DNA of 64,000 bases from the IMG/VR virus record IMGVR_UViG_3300030339_000005; one strand, 5' to 3'. Below the pieces are notes generated by a model. That model made no database searches, was not told the origin of the DNA, and worked only from the letters and a program-made list of their open reading frames with translations. The position numbers and the translations under genes were made by a program. Shown piece after piece: positions 20,635 through 33,500 of this stretch. The stretch's first letter is position 1. Every line of letters begins with the position of its first letter. Source of the stretch: a virus (Duplodnaviria; Heunggongvirae; Uroviricota; Caudoviricetes).

Positions 20635-23600
20635 CTACTCGCACTTATAATTTATGAGTAAATTTTGACTTCTTAATAATGATCTTATTGTTGCAACAGT
20701 TTGGTAATAAACACTTTCTTGGAAATTATTCTTAGCGGCTGTGGTATTAATAACGAAGTCACTATTTTTAATTTGAATCATATCTCCATCAAGAAGCATT
20801 TTCCCTCTTACTTGATTAATTAGATAAAGAATATTATTAATCTGTTGTTCTTTTAAAATCTTCTTCTTTTTTTCAGTTTCATTTGTAATTTCAAAAATAT
20901 CTTTGATACCTCTATCAACTCTTGAACTAAACATTAAATAATCATTGGCAATAGATGATCCATCTTTTACATAATCTTGAAATAATGGAGTAAGACGATT
21001 ATCACCGTATGTTTCATTATTTACAATTAAATTATATAGATAAAATAAATCTTTTCATTTAACAATTTGACCATTTAATGCTGTAACTTTATTTGATGGC
21101 TCAATTGAGCTATCAATTTTATTAAATTCATTTAATAATTTAAGAAAGTTTTCAATACTAATAGGATTATTTAATGTACTAATTCCATATGTAGGGGCTA
21201 TTTGTGTACCAAATAAACTAAATGGATTTCTCATACTTCTTAATGTTAATGTATCACTTAGATCAGATGTTTCTGATTTTTCTAATACACTAAATAGAAC
21301 TTGTTCCATCATTATTTTAAAATTTGCTATTCCATAATCAGATGTTAAATCAATAATAACATCATTGTCTGAACTAGGTTCAATTTTTAAAACCATATCT
21401 CCAACATGAGGAATTTTATTTTTAGTTGCTCCTCTTAAATCAAGTGCTGAATGCATTTTGGCTCCGTCTGAAGTATATAAATGAACATTTGGAACGCCAG
21501 CTAATTTTAATAAATCTTTTGCACTAAATTTAAAATTTGCAATTTTAGACTCTTTATCAGCTGTTTTTAATCAAGAAGAAATCATATAATTATCAAATGC
21601 CGAAAATGCACGACTTAACATTTTATCGTCCATAGGAATTGGTAATGCTGAATTTCCTCTTTGATGTTTTAATACTTGATCTTTCTTAACATCAGTTGTT
21701 AAAGCTTTTTCATTTGTTCTAAGTAAATCTCTATAATATGAGAATACAAAGTTAAACTTTTTTGATGTTAATAAAGCTATATTAAAGGTAGTTCCTACAC
21801 TATGAATCATTTCTCTAAAGTGAGGCACATTTTCTAATACATCAAATACATTAACTGTATTTTTAATTAAATTATAGTAATTTGCTGCAGCCTTTCTATA
21901 TTTATCATTTTTAGGATGAATAAAATGACGACAGTTAAACTCTCCACCAATAATTGATTTTGTATGAATTTCTTCTTTATTATAATAATTAATTGATGAT
22001 ACTTCAATTTCTGAAGCATTACGAAGTGTGTCAAAAATATAATCAAAAACTTGAGTCTTTGAGTCATTAGACATACTATATAATTTACTTAGATGTGTAT
22101 TATTATTTAAAATAGCTAATACAATATCCTTATAAGTTTTATTAGTATCTGATAGAGTGGTAGTTTTTGTTCCATCTGCATCAGTTTGACTAATACTATT
22201 TACTACTACATTAGTTTCAAATTCAGCTCTTACAGCTGCAACAACTTGATTATAATCATCAGTTCCTTTTAGTAAACTATTAGCTGTTATATTCTTTAAA
22301 CTCTTAAGTTTAAAGCCAAAAACTTTATGTTCAGAATTAAACATTGCACTTTCAATAACATTTAGAAAATTGTTTAGAGCATCAACGTTTGCATCAATAG
22401 AACCATTAACTCCAAAAATCTTAGCCATTGCTCCAAATTCAGCACCTCCATTAAAGATGTCTAAGAAAGTTTTACAAATAGCATCCATATCAGTTCTTGA
22501 ATTATTATATAATGCAAGTTTACCTTCAATTTGTTGATATTGTTCAACTAATGCTTCAGCATAAACTGGTTTAGTTGTCAGAAAAGTATTTGATTGAATA
22601 TTATGAGCTACATATTGTGCTAAGTCAGAATTCATATAAATAGAAACATCTTTAGCAGAGAAACCTACAGCTAACATATATAAATGCATAGCGGCTAAGT
22701 CAACCACAGCATTAATTTTAGCCATAATTAATTCTTTAGCATTATCAGTTGCTCCAGAAATAAATCCAGAAATTGCTAATGCAGCTTGAATTCTATTAAT
22801 TTCACTTAATTCTTTTTGTAAGTCTTCATATCCATATAATCCTAAAATAGATTGAAATGTAGATTTAGAAACTCTAGTGTCAGCAATACTTACTCTTGTA
22901 TGTTTTTTTAATACTCCAGTAGCAGGATCTTGCATATAAAATTCCTTTAAGAAGACTTTATTATCAGATATTCCTTTAATGCTAACTAAACCTTCATCTA
23001 ATTTTTCATACCAACTATTATAGTAATTGCTAAGTGCAAAGAAAACTTTTAATCCATTAGCTCCAATACCTACGTCTTGTTTACCCACAGCTGCTTGATA
23101 TTGTTGTTTAAACATGCCAACAGCATTAGTAGACGAGAAACGATCTTTTCTCCTAATTAGATTTTTTGTAAAATCGGTTAAAGTTTTAATCTTAAGATCT
23201 GCTTTAGCTCTACTATTGATTGTTTTAGTTAAATCTGCAATTTCTGAATCAGTAATTGAGGCAGGATTAACATCAGCTAAAGTAGAGATTATAGTAAGTA
23301 AAGGAGCTTTTTCTCCAGAATTACTAAGTCACTCAGTTAAGATTTTATCAATTTGTTGAAGTCTTACTTTACCAGCCTCTGCCGCCCCAGAGTGCCACAT
23401 ATTAATACTAATAGGCACAGTAGCTAATAATTGATTACTTGGAGCACTAATTGTACTGTTAATCTTAGACACAATTGAATTTTGCAAAGTATGTCTAGAA
23501 GAAATATAATCAGTGTATTCATTATAAAAGTTTAAGAATGTTACTAATTTTGATACAGATGGATCAGTTAATATTACTTGATTTGATAAAAGTTTAATAT

Positions 23601-26600
23601 CTTGTGGCGCTAATTCTGAATCAGTTAATAGATCCTTAATAGTTTTTGCCCCTTTATTAATTTTTCTTAAAACTTTACCTAATCTATTTATATCTTCTGG
23701 TGCCATTAACTTAGCAATTTCAAATGAATTAGATAAGTTACCTGCAATATTATTAAATCATGCAGCATCTTCATTTAAATTAATAGCTCTTTTAAGAATA
23801 TATTGAGGAGAACTTTCATTCGTAACACTTACTAAAGTATTAGATGGTATAGGTAATGTACTTAATGCATCCAACTCTTCTTTAGTATTGTAGTCAAACA
23901 TATTAGTCCATAAATCAAATTGAGAACCTTTATTAAATCCATAACCCATAATGTAGGCCTTATCAATATCAAAGTCAGATCCCTGTAATCAAATTTGTCA
24001 TACTGATACATAAGCATTATTACTTGGTGTATTAAAGTATGCAATATTTTTCATAGGCATAAAAGACTGCATTGATTGAGCTGGAATACGAGCGGCAATA
24101 AATTCATGTGATTTCTCTCATGATGCATATTGTTTCTTTGCTAATTTTTCAATAATTTCTTGTCTATTATTATTAAATCAATTAGCGTCAGGAATATCAG
24201 ATTGTCCAATCTTAACCTTAGTTAAATTATAATAATATCTTAGTAATTCATTACGTAAATTAACTGGCTGTAAAGTAGATTCATTGATTAAATCTTCTGT
24301 TGTATCATTCATTAGAGGAATAATAGCTCTAATCTCTCTAGCTGATTCTATAAACTCTTTAAATCATTTACCAGCATTAGGATTAAATACATACTTAGAT
24401 TTTGTTGTATTGGCTGCTTTAATGTATAAATAATCATCGCCATCTTTAACTAAAATTTTAGAGCCTAGTTTACCACCTGGCTTCTTATATAAATACTCGC
24501 CAGTTTCCCCTAATCTATAAGTTACTGTTTTACCATCTTCTGAGTCCTGTTTTAAAATATTTCCATTTTGTTGTTCAGTTGGAAGTTGAGAAACTAATCT
24601 AACAAATATACGTTTCCCATTTTGTAAAACAATTTTAAAATCTGCAGGAGTTGAATCTTCTGCATAATCTTCTTCAAGCAATTCTTTAAAGTAAGAGGAA
24701 CCCTTAGCTTTAACAGTAGAGATAGTATCATTACCATTACTGAAAGTAGATTTATAAATATTAGGAAGAACTAATTCAGCAGCACTAAATTTATAATTAT
24801 AAACTTGTTGTGAGTTATTTGTTAAATAATGTTCTTTAACATCATCAAAAATATCAGCTACTAAGGAATCATTCCCAAAATAACCTGTAAAATTAATAAT
24901 GCCATTTGCATCAGTAAATTTATTTAATTCTTGTAAAGTAATACCTTGGTCAAGTAAGTCTAGATTTCTTTGGGTTCAGAATCTAAAGTAATTATCCAAT
25001 TTATTAATATCAAGTTTGCCTTCTGCAGTTAAAGTATTAAATCTAGCTGCAAATTGCATTAAAGTATTTAATTCTTGAGGAGTAATATCAGTATCATTTT
25101 TATTAGCTAAGAAGTCCTGATGCTGAGTTAATGAGTAACGTAATCTTACTGAATCTAAATCAAATAAGGTTTTTGTTGTCATAGTAGGCAAATATCTCTC
25201 ATTTTCATTCATTTGGGTAGTAAATGATTGACCTGATGCCGCAGCTTTTTTAGACATTAATAACAATTCAATAACACCTTCTCATCCCATTGGTTTATTT
25301 AATCCAAATACTTTTGCAAGTAATAATTGAAGTCTACCAATTGTTTTTTGAATTCATGATAAGCTAGGATTTTGTTCAGCTTGGCGTGCTAATAATTCTT
25401 CTATGATTTCTAATTGACCTTCTTCTGAGTTAAGATTAACACCATATTGAGTGGCCATATCTTCAACTGATGCCATATTAGAGCCATCTAATAATTTAGA
25501 AGCATTCTTATATAAATAGTCTCTGGCAGATAATAATATATTTTTATATGTATTAGCATCTTCTCCATTAAATAATATACTTAGTCCATGATGACCTACT
25601 GCTTCATGAATAATCAATTGATTTCCTTTAGCGGTTCCTTTATAAGCCCCATTTAAAGTAATCTCTTGTGTACTAGGATTATAGAACGAATTAACGATTG
25701 CATCAATTCCAGCAGCCTTAGCAATTCCTCGCATAGAACCCTCATCAACATATTGTACTTTTAATTTATTTAAACCAGCTAAAGAAAGACTTGTATATAA
25801 TTTAGTATTTCTTTCTTTTTCTAACTTAGTGTCAAGGGTGGTGGCCACTTGAAAAGTTAATTCTGCAGGTTTTAAATCACGTGTAACTCGAACTACTTTC
25901 TTAATAGCTTTATTTGGGCCATATGCTTTAAGTTTATAATATTCAGCAGGATTAGAAATTTCTCATAATTCTCCAGTTTCTGGATTAATTACAGTATCTG
26001 CTAAATTAATTTTATCAACTGTAGTATCAACATCTGGAAGTAATTGTTCAATATAACGATCAATTATTTCATTATTTGTTAAAGTTTCCTCTCCAGGGAT
26101 ATAATTATCAAGAGCTTCGCGAATCATGTCTTCTTGAGAATAGATAATCATTTTTTCAACACCATCAACAATCTTTGGAACTTCATAAATTTTATACATT
26201 TTATGTGAGGGGTTTAAGATAGCTCCTAAACCACTATAATAACGAGTTAAGAATTTATTATTAAGTTTAACAATTAAATCTCTCATAAAATGTTGAAAGA
26301 AGTTTTTATTGCTAAATGGTAATAACTCCCCATCTTTAAATGATTCGGCAATTGAAGTTGCTAAATCGACAGAAGGAGAATTTGCTAAGTGTCTCGCAAA
26401 TTCCTTAGATAATGATTCATATAATTTATTTAATTCTGCTTCTCCTAATTTAGAAATAGAATTTACTCATGGTTTTGCAGCTTGTTGAATTAAACGAGCT
26501 ATATCTTCATAAGCTTCATTAGCTATTCCAGCTGTTCTTTCATTCTGTGATAAGGCTGAAATTACTTGTGTTATTTCTTTAATCTTAGCAGCATCTGGAC

Positions 26601-29600
26601 TATGACCAGCATCAAGCTGTGGTCCAATATGAACACTATCAAAACTAAAACTTCTTAATTCTGTGTCTCCAGTAAATCAATCAGATGATGGATTTAAGTT
26701 AATTGCTCCAGATTTAAAGGCACCACTAGTAGATACAACATGAATCATTTTATCTTTTAATGGATATGCGCCATGTTCATCTTGATAATTAGTAATAATA
26801 TGATAAAGAATATTTTGAGAATCTTCATTATAAACAAAAGACCCATCTTCTAAAACCCCAGAGAACTGCTCTCCAATAGATTTTCATATATCAAATAAAT
26901 TCTTTACCTCACGTGGTTCTTCAATAATATTTTCTTCAATATTTAAACCATTCTTATCAATTTGTTGTAAAGTTCTAACTAATTGATTATCATTAATTTG
27001 TAATCCTAGCAATTTAAAAATTTTACCATTTTCTACGAAATGATAATTAAAAGAACTTCCTAAATTAAATTTCTTAACAGTAATAGGAAATGCAGATAGC
27101 ATTTGTTTATTCTTCGAGTAATAATTTACAGGAGATCTTGACGAGGCTTGCATTGAAGCATTTGTAATAACAAATTCGGCATCTTTTTTAACAGAGCTTC
27201 CATAATCAGTAATACCTACCCCAAAACGTTTTAAAGTGCCATCATATTCTTTACCTGGATATGAAGCCGCAATCATTTTACTATAAACAGCTGTAATTAA
27301 ACTAGATCCATCTTGATAGTTAACTCCATCAGTATCCCCACCAATATTATAAACGTCATCTTTAGGGTCCTCAATAATAGAGATATTAATTTTATCAGGA
27401 ACACCAGTTCTAGAACCAAGAATAGCTCGCTCATAAGTAGCTGTAAATAATGAATTACGTTTAGCCATACCAGAATATCTAGCAGATGATTCTTCAGCAA
27501 ATGCTTCTAAGTTACCAATTTGTGATACATTTCTTTCAGCTAACTTTTTAGCTGTATGCATATATTCGTGCTTAACTGTAATATTTAAATATTCATTTCT
27601 GAATAGCATATTTGTTAACATCCATCTTTCTAATAATGGATTAATTTCTCCTTTATCATTTTTAATCAGTAATGCTGGTACTTCTTTAACTGTAGCTACA
27701 TCTAAATCATCCTCATTATCTTCATATTGTTCTTCATGAGTAATAAATGATTCTAATACAGCTGGATCAATTCCAAAGAATTTGGCCAGATGAGTTAAAT
27801 CTCCATCTTCTCCAATAAGCTTACCAAGTTCATTACTGTTAAGTAATAATTTAGCACTTTCTCCATTTCTAAAATTTAATAAATCAAATACTAAATTATT
27901 TAATTCAAAATCAATATATTTATTAAATTTTTGAAGATTTGCAGAGGAGTCTTTTGATGGATCAATTGTATCAGAATAGAAATAAAAATTATCAAAAAGG
28001 TTTTGATTAACCATTACCTTCTTGCCATAGACAGCATAATCTTGTTCTTCAACAATATCAATACCTGTTTGCTTAACAAAAACTAAAAAATCGTCTTTAG
28101 TAAATTTTGATAATTTATCATTAATTGCTACAAAAGCATCATTTGATTTAGCCATATCAGTAGATAATGTTAATCCAAAAATAGTATTAAACTTACTAAT
28201 AATAGTTCTATATAAATCTGAATAATAAGCAGCTTGTTGATCATGAGCTAATGCTCTTAATTGTGGCACATTAATAACTTTATTTTTTTCTGTAACTAAT
28301 CCGCCAATAATGAAATCTTGATTTAATTTAGCATTTAATGCAATTTGTTTAGCTAAAATAGTATTTTTATCAGAATAGTTACCAATAACTACATTATAAT
28401 ATTCAGATTTCCTTTTGCTTAATCCTAAATAGTCAAAAATAAAATTAGCTGTAAAGTTTTCAATAGGTAATCACTTTGCAGCATCTTTGCTTGATTTTTC
28501 ATTAACAATTTCTAACTTCGTTGTAGTTCCCAATAGTATTGGTTCTGAACCTAAAAATAGATTTTTATATGAAGTATTATTTGCATTATGTGGATCCTGT
28601 TCAAAGTTTAATCTACGAAGCATAACTTCACAATCAGAATATGCTAGATTTGCAACTTTGAAGGTTGGGATTTTATTTCCCGAAGCAGTTGTAATTGTAG
28701 TAACAGGTCTTAACATGTAAGACTGTAAACTTATTTCTAAAGGATCTTGAATGACTTTTAATAAGTCAGCTAATGGCCCACCTTGTGTTGTGGCTTCATC
28801 AAACTTTCCTTGTAAAAGAGATTCTTCTCTAGCAATAATTAAATCAAATACAGTTTGACCATCTTCTCTTCCTGATCCATTAACAGTGTTAATCATTAAT
28901 CTAAGTTGAGAACGTAAAGCTTCAGTCTTTATCTTATCAATATCGTCACTAGATGTTATAGATTGTCCTGATATAATCTTATTCTTTAAATCAATTATGT
29001 GCTCTTCTGGAATAAGGATTTGAAATCTCTTATTTAAGTATTTAGAAAAGTCTAAATCTGTAGACAAATCGTCCATCTCATCAACATTATATAAATGTCG
29101 ACGATTAGAGTTAGCTAAGAGTTTAGCATAGACACGTCCTTGTGCTTGAATTTGTGATAAATTCTGAGAATATAATTCTTTATAAATAACCGATCCAGTA
29201 CTTGGATTATAAATTGCATACACAGCTCCATTTGAGTTATTTAATGGTTGTGAAATAACATCATATAATGATAAAGCTGGATTATTCTCTTCTTTTGTTT
29301 TTACAGAGTCAAGATATGATGATACGGAGTGTACTACATCAATTACAGCTTTAAAAGGCAAATACATTTGATATACTCCAGCATAATTAACAGCATCCGC
29401 TTCTTTAATTTTTTGAAAATAATATTGTAATGCTTTCTTTGGATTTTTAGATAAAAGTGTTCATTCAGTATCCTTACTTAAAGTAATTAAATTTCGTGTT
29501 TGAAAATCTCTAAAAGTCGCGGACAATCCATAGAAGTGAGTCATTGATAAGTATTCGTGAGTTGAATCTCCTTGACGATCTAAGTGTGGAATTGTATTTA

Positions 29601-30573
29601 AGATTTTTTGAGTAAATTCATCATTAAGTCTATCAACTGATTCAGATTCATGTGTATCAGTATGGGATAATACTTTTTCTCCCGAAGTTTTAATTTTATA
29701 CTTTGGAGATCCTAAAGAATCAACAAAAGTATTAAATGATTTAAAATCAACATCTAATATATAATTAAATTCTTGACTAATTACACTATCAAAATTAGTT
29801 AGAAACACAGCTGCATTATAAGCATCATGTTTAGCTCTAACACCGATACGTTGAATATCTCCCGATAATGAAGGAATTACACGTTGTTCTTCAGCAAATC
29901 TAATTTTTGGATCAATAGAAGTTAAGTGCTTAAATAAATCTATTAAAACCTTTTTATATGTTTCATAATTTTCTACTTGGAATGTATTTCCTACATAGAG
30001 ATTAGCTGTGAATTTTCTATCAGTATAATAATCATCTTTATGTAAAACGTCTTGAGCAATTAAATAATCTACAACCGTTTGAAATAATGAATTCTTTAGA
30101 TCTTGAATTCCTTGACTAATTTCAACGTTGCCTCTAACATAGGTATCACGATTGAGAGGGCCTCTATAGATCGCATTTATTACAAGTTCATTAATCCTAT
30201 TATGAAAATAAGATTTGGCAACTTGTAAATTAGTAAACATATCATCTACAATTGGAGATGTAAACTCATTAATTGCATCAGTTCTAAACGCCGCAGTGGG
30301 TCTAGCAGCTAGATTTCTAAGTTTACGATTAGATGTTCTAGCTGTAACAATTTCTGGAGCTAATGCACTAAGCCGTTCCAAAATAGTTGTACTATTGATG
30401 TCTTTATATTTTTGTCTTAATTCTTCTATTGTCTCAGTCTCGGTAGTCTCAGGCCCGTAGAAAGCCTGAGCTGCTTGAAATAGCAGCCCAGGAATATCTG
30501 CGGGAGACTTTGCCATTAAGATCTGTCGCCCAAATTTCATGAGTACAGGTCTAGGACATTGTTGTTTACCCAT
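20635..30573 (-). CDS. Single-chain virion RNA polymerase of crAss-like phages (about 3312 aa, code 4)
   Basis: Twelve ORF fragments share one frame. ARIPAQSMQSF...VSV-W-QI-W-LQGSDFDIDKAY, with DxDxD at 23962-23976; upstream KRN, DG and GPQLDAGH segments; TAG stop. Confidence 0.92.
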
Positions 30574-30584
30574 ATTTTATATTT

Positions 30585-33500
30585 TTAACAGGTTCATAGT
30601 TTTTCTATATTATCTCAAGCTTCATTATTTGGATCTATAGCCATAACTTTATCCCTAAAATTAGCGAAGTTTTCTGGTATATCTCCCGTAGTAAAGAGGG
30701 TATTTATATCTATCTTATTTTGAGTTAAAATTTCAAGAATAGCAGTAATTTCTTCTTGAACTTTTGGATCAAAACTATCACCCTCATCCATTTTTCCATC
30801 TAACATTAGTGTTATTCTATTTCTAACTAGATCTTGAATAGAACCTGGAGTAAAATCTAATTGTTTTAATTTTCCAGTTCAAACTGATTCGGGTTTTGAA
30901 TTTCCAAGAATTACATTTAGTTCGGCAACTGATTTAGTTTTTAATAAATCTATCTTACCTTTTCATTCTGCGAGTTTTAATGCAGATTTGACTAATTGAG
31001 CTCTAACTACTTTTACTTTTAATTGATCTATATTATCACTAGCTTCTGCAGTAAAAATAGGTTTTTTATTAAATACTATTTGATTTAATTCAAATGTAGT
31101 GGCTATTTTTTCTTGTTGTTCTGGACTTTTACTCCTTAATATCTTAATTGCTTTCTTAATTTCATCAATAGATACTCCAGAATTAGCAATCAGATTTCTA
31201 ACTGTAATAGGCAAAGCTGTAGTTGATGGCTGTAAATTTAATGCTTTTGCAACTTCTAAGTATTCTCCTTCGGAAATATTACTTGGATTATTTAAGAAAT
31301 CTAATTTATCTATAGAAGATTCTGCCCCTAACTTAACTTTATCTCTTAAATCTACTAAAATTCGTGGACCTTCTGGAGATAAAGTTGTATAAAGATTATC
31401 TAAAATACTCGGATGAAAAGTATCACCGACTAATTCAGTTCCTTCGTTTTTTGTTAAAATTGGAATATTATAATAAATTGAATCTTTAAGACCCTTTCAA
31501 TAATTCACCACATCATTTATAACAGAAAAATATTGTTTATCTAAATCAACCCCAATACCATTCTCTTGAATTTTAGCTTCTAATGCATTTTGTAATTTAA
31601 AAATATTTCAGAATGCTTTAAATCAATAACGTCCTTCTTTTTGACGGGCGACAGTATTAATTACATAACTTTTAAATTCTGTACGATATTTTGCAGATTC
31701 TTCTGGACTAACATTCGTTGGTTTAGGATGAGTTTTAACATAATCTCTAACAGATTCATAGACTTTTTGAGCACCTTTATTACTATAAGTAATAGCATCT
31801 AAAATAGTCTTACTAGCATCTTTATGAGCGTTTGCAAATAAAGCTTTTAAGATTTTTTGTGCTGAATCATCACGATTCCCCATTACATCAGTTAATCAAG
31901 AATTTCCATCATTTAATAGTTTATCAAATAATTCTACTTTTTCTGTTGCTAAAGAAATTAACAAATCTAATACATCATTTCCACTAAATAAACTACCAGA
32001 TAAAGCATAGACTTCATCTAATGCTTTTTTACCCTGAACAGTTTCAGAAGTTTTTCTTGCATCAAAAATTCTCTTTGTTAAACTTGGAGTATCAGATGTT
32101 CCATTAACAATTTTATCAATTTCTTTTCAAGTACGAGTAGTGCTATGCATTGTGATAAATCTAATAGTTCTATCATTAGGTCCAACACCAGTATCATCCA
32201 TATAAGAAGCTGTAATATAAGGTCGTCCAGCTCTTTGTTCATATGATTTTTTAAGTCTATCTTCAAAGTCTACTTTATCAGCATCATTTCAACCTTCAAA
32301 AGATTTTCCAAATAAAGTACTTTTAAATAAAGTTTTATATTTTTCAAAATCTTTAGGAAAGAAATTAATAACTGGATCATTAACAACTTTAAAGTTAGAG
32401 TCATAAAATAATAAACCAGGTGTTTCAGTTAATTCTTTTAAACTCGTTTGTAATTTTTTGCCATTAACTGGTGGTCACATACGAGTAGACGTAATATTAA
32501 CTACTGTTTTTGGATTATTAATTTCAACATACTTACCAATTTCTAAATCATTCATTAGAGTTTCATAAGTTTCTAAAACTCGCTGATTGGTAGGAGAATT
32601 AGCAAATACAGAACCAATAACATTTTTTAAATTTTCTAAATCTGGAAATGTTCCAAGATGCACAAAGAAATCTTCTCCAGTTGTTGGATTAATAAGTCTA
32701 TACATTAAATTTAAATATTTCGATTTATCAGGCAAATGTTTACTTGCATCATCATATTTAAGAGCTACAGGTTTATTTGAAGCTTCGTGATATAAATCAG
32801 CTGTAATAACAAAACCAGAAGTAGTTTTACCATCTTGACCTTTTGGTAAAACATCACTTAAAGTTAATAATGGATTAGCAAATATTTCTTGAACAGTTTT
32901 AATGTCAATAACTTTATTCTTTAAGATTTGATATTTAGCTTTAATTAATAAATTAACTGCTTTATCATAATCTGCTTTTGGCATCGTTACTTTACTAGCT
33001 CTTTGATTTTTAAGTAGATAATCCAATCCATAAGAGAACTTAGAAGCACCTCTTGCAATAGTTGCTTTATCACCATTTAAAGAACTGATAACACTCATAT
33101 CATTGTAAAAGGTATGAACCATTACATTTTGAGAGCCTTTATGTGATTCACTAAAACGAGTTAAAGAGAATTTTAATACAGTATCTTGAATATCATTATT
33201 TAATGAGTCAGTGACATCAATTCTATCATCAGTTGACATTAACATATCTTCTGGACTTACTGAACCAACATCAGCTTTTCTATTAAATAAATAATCATTA
33301 TCAAGAGTAGTTGTAGTTCCTAAGAGTTTTTCAAGTTCTTTAATTCTTGCGGCCTTTAATTCAGTAACCATTGTAGCATCTAGAGGATTTAACTCGTCTG
33401 TATATGAATCAGTTTTTTGATGTAATTCTAAACGTTGTCCAAAATCAATATCAGCATCTCTTACAATAATAGAACCATATTTAGCTCTAGATAAATAAGT

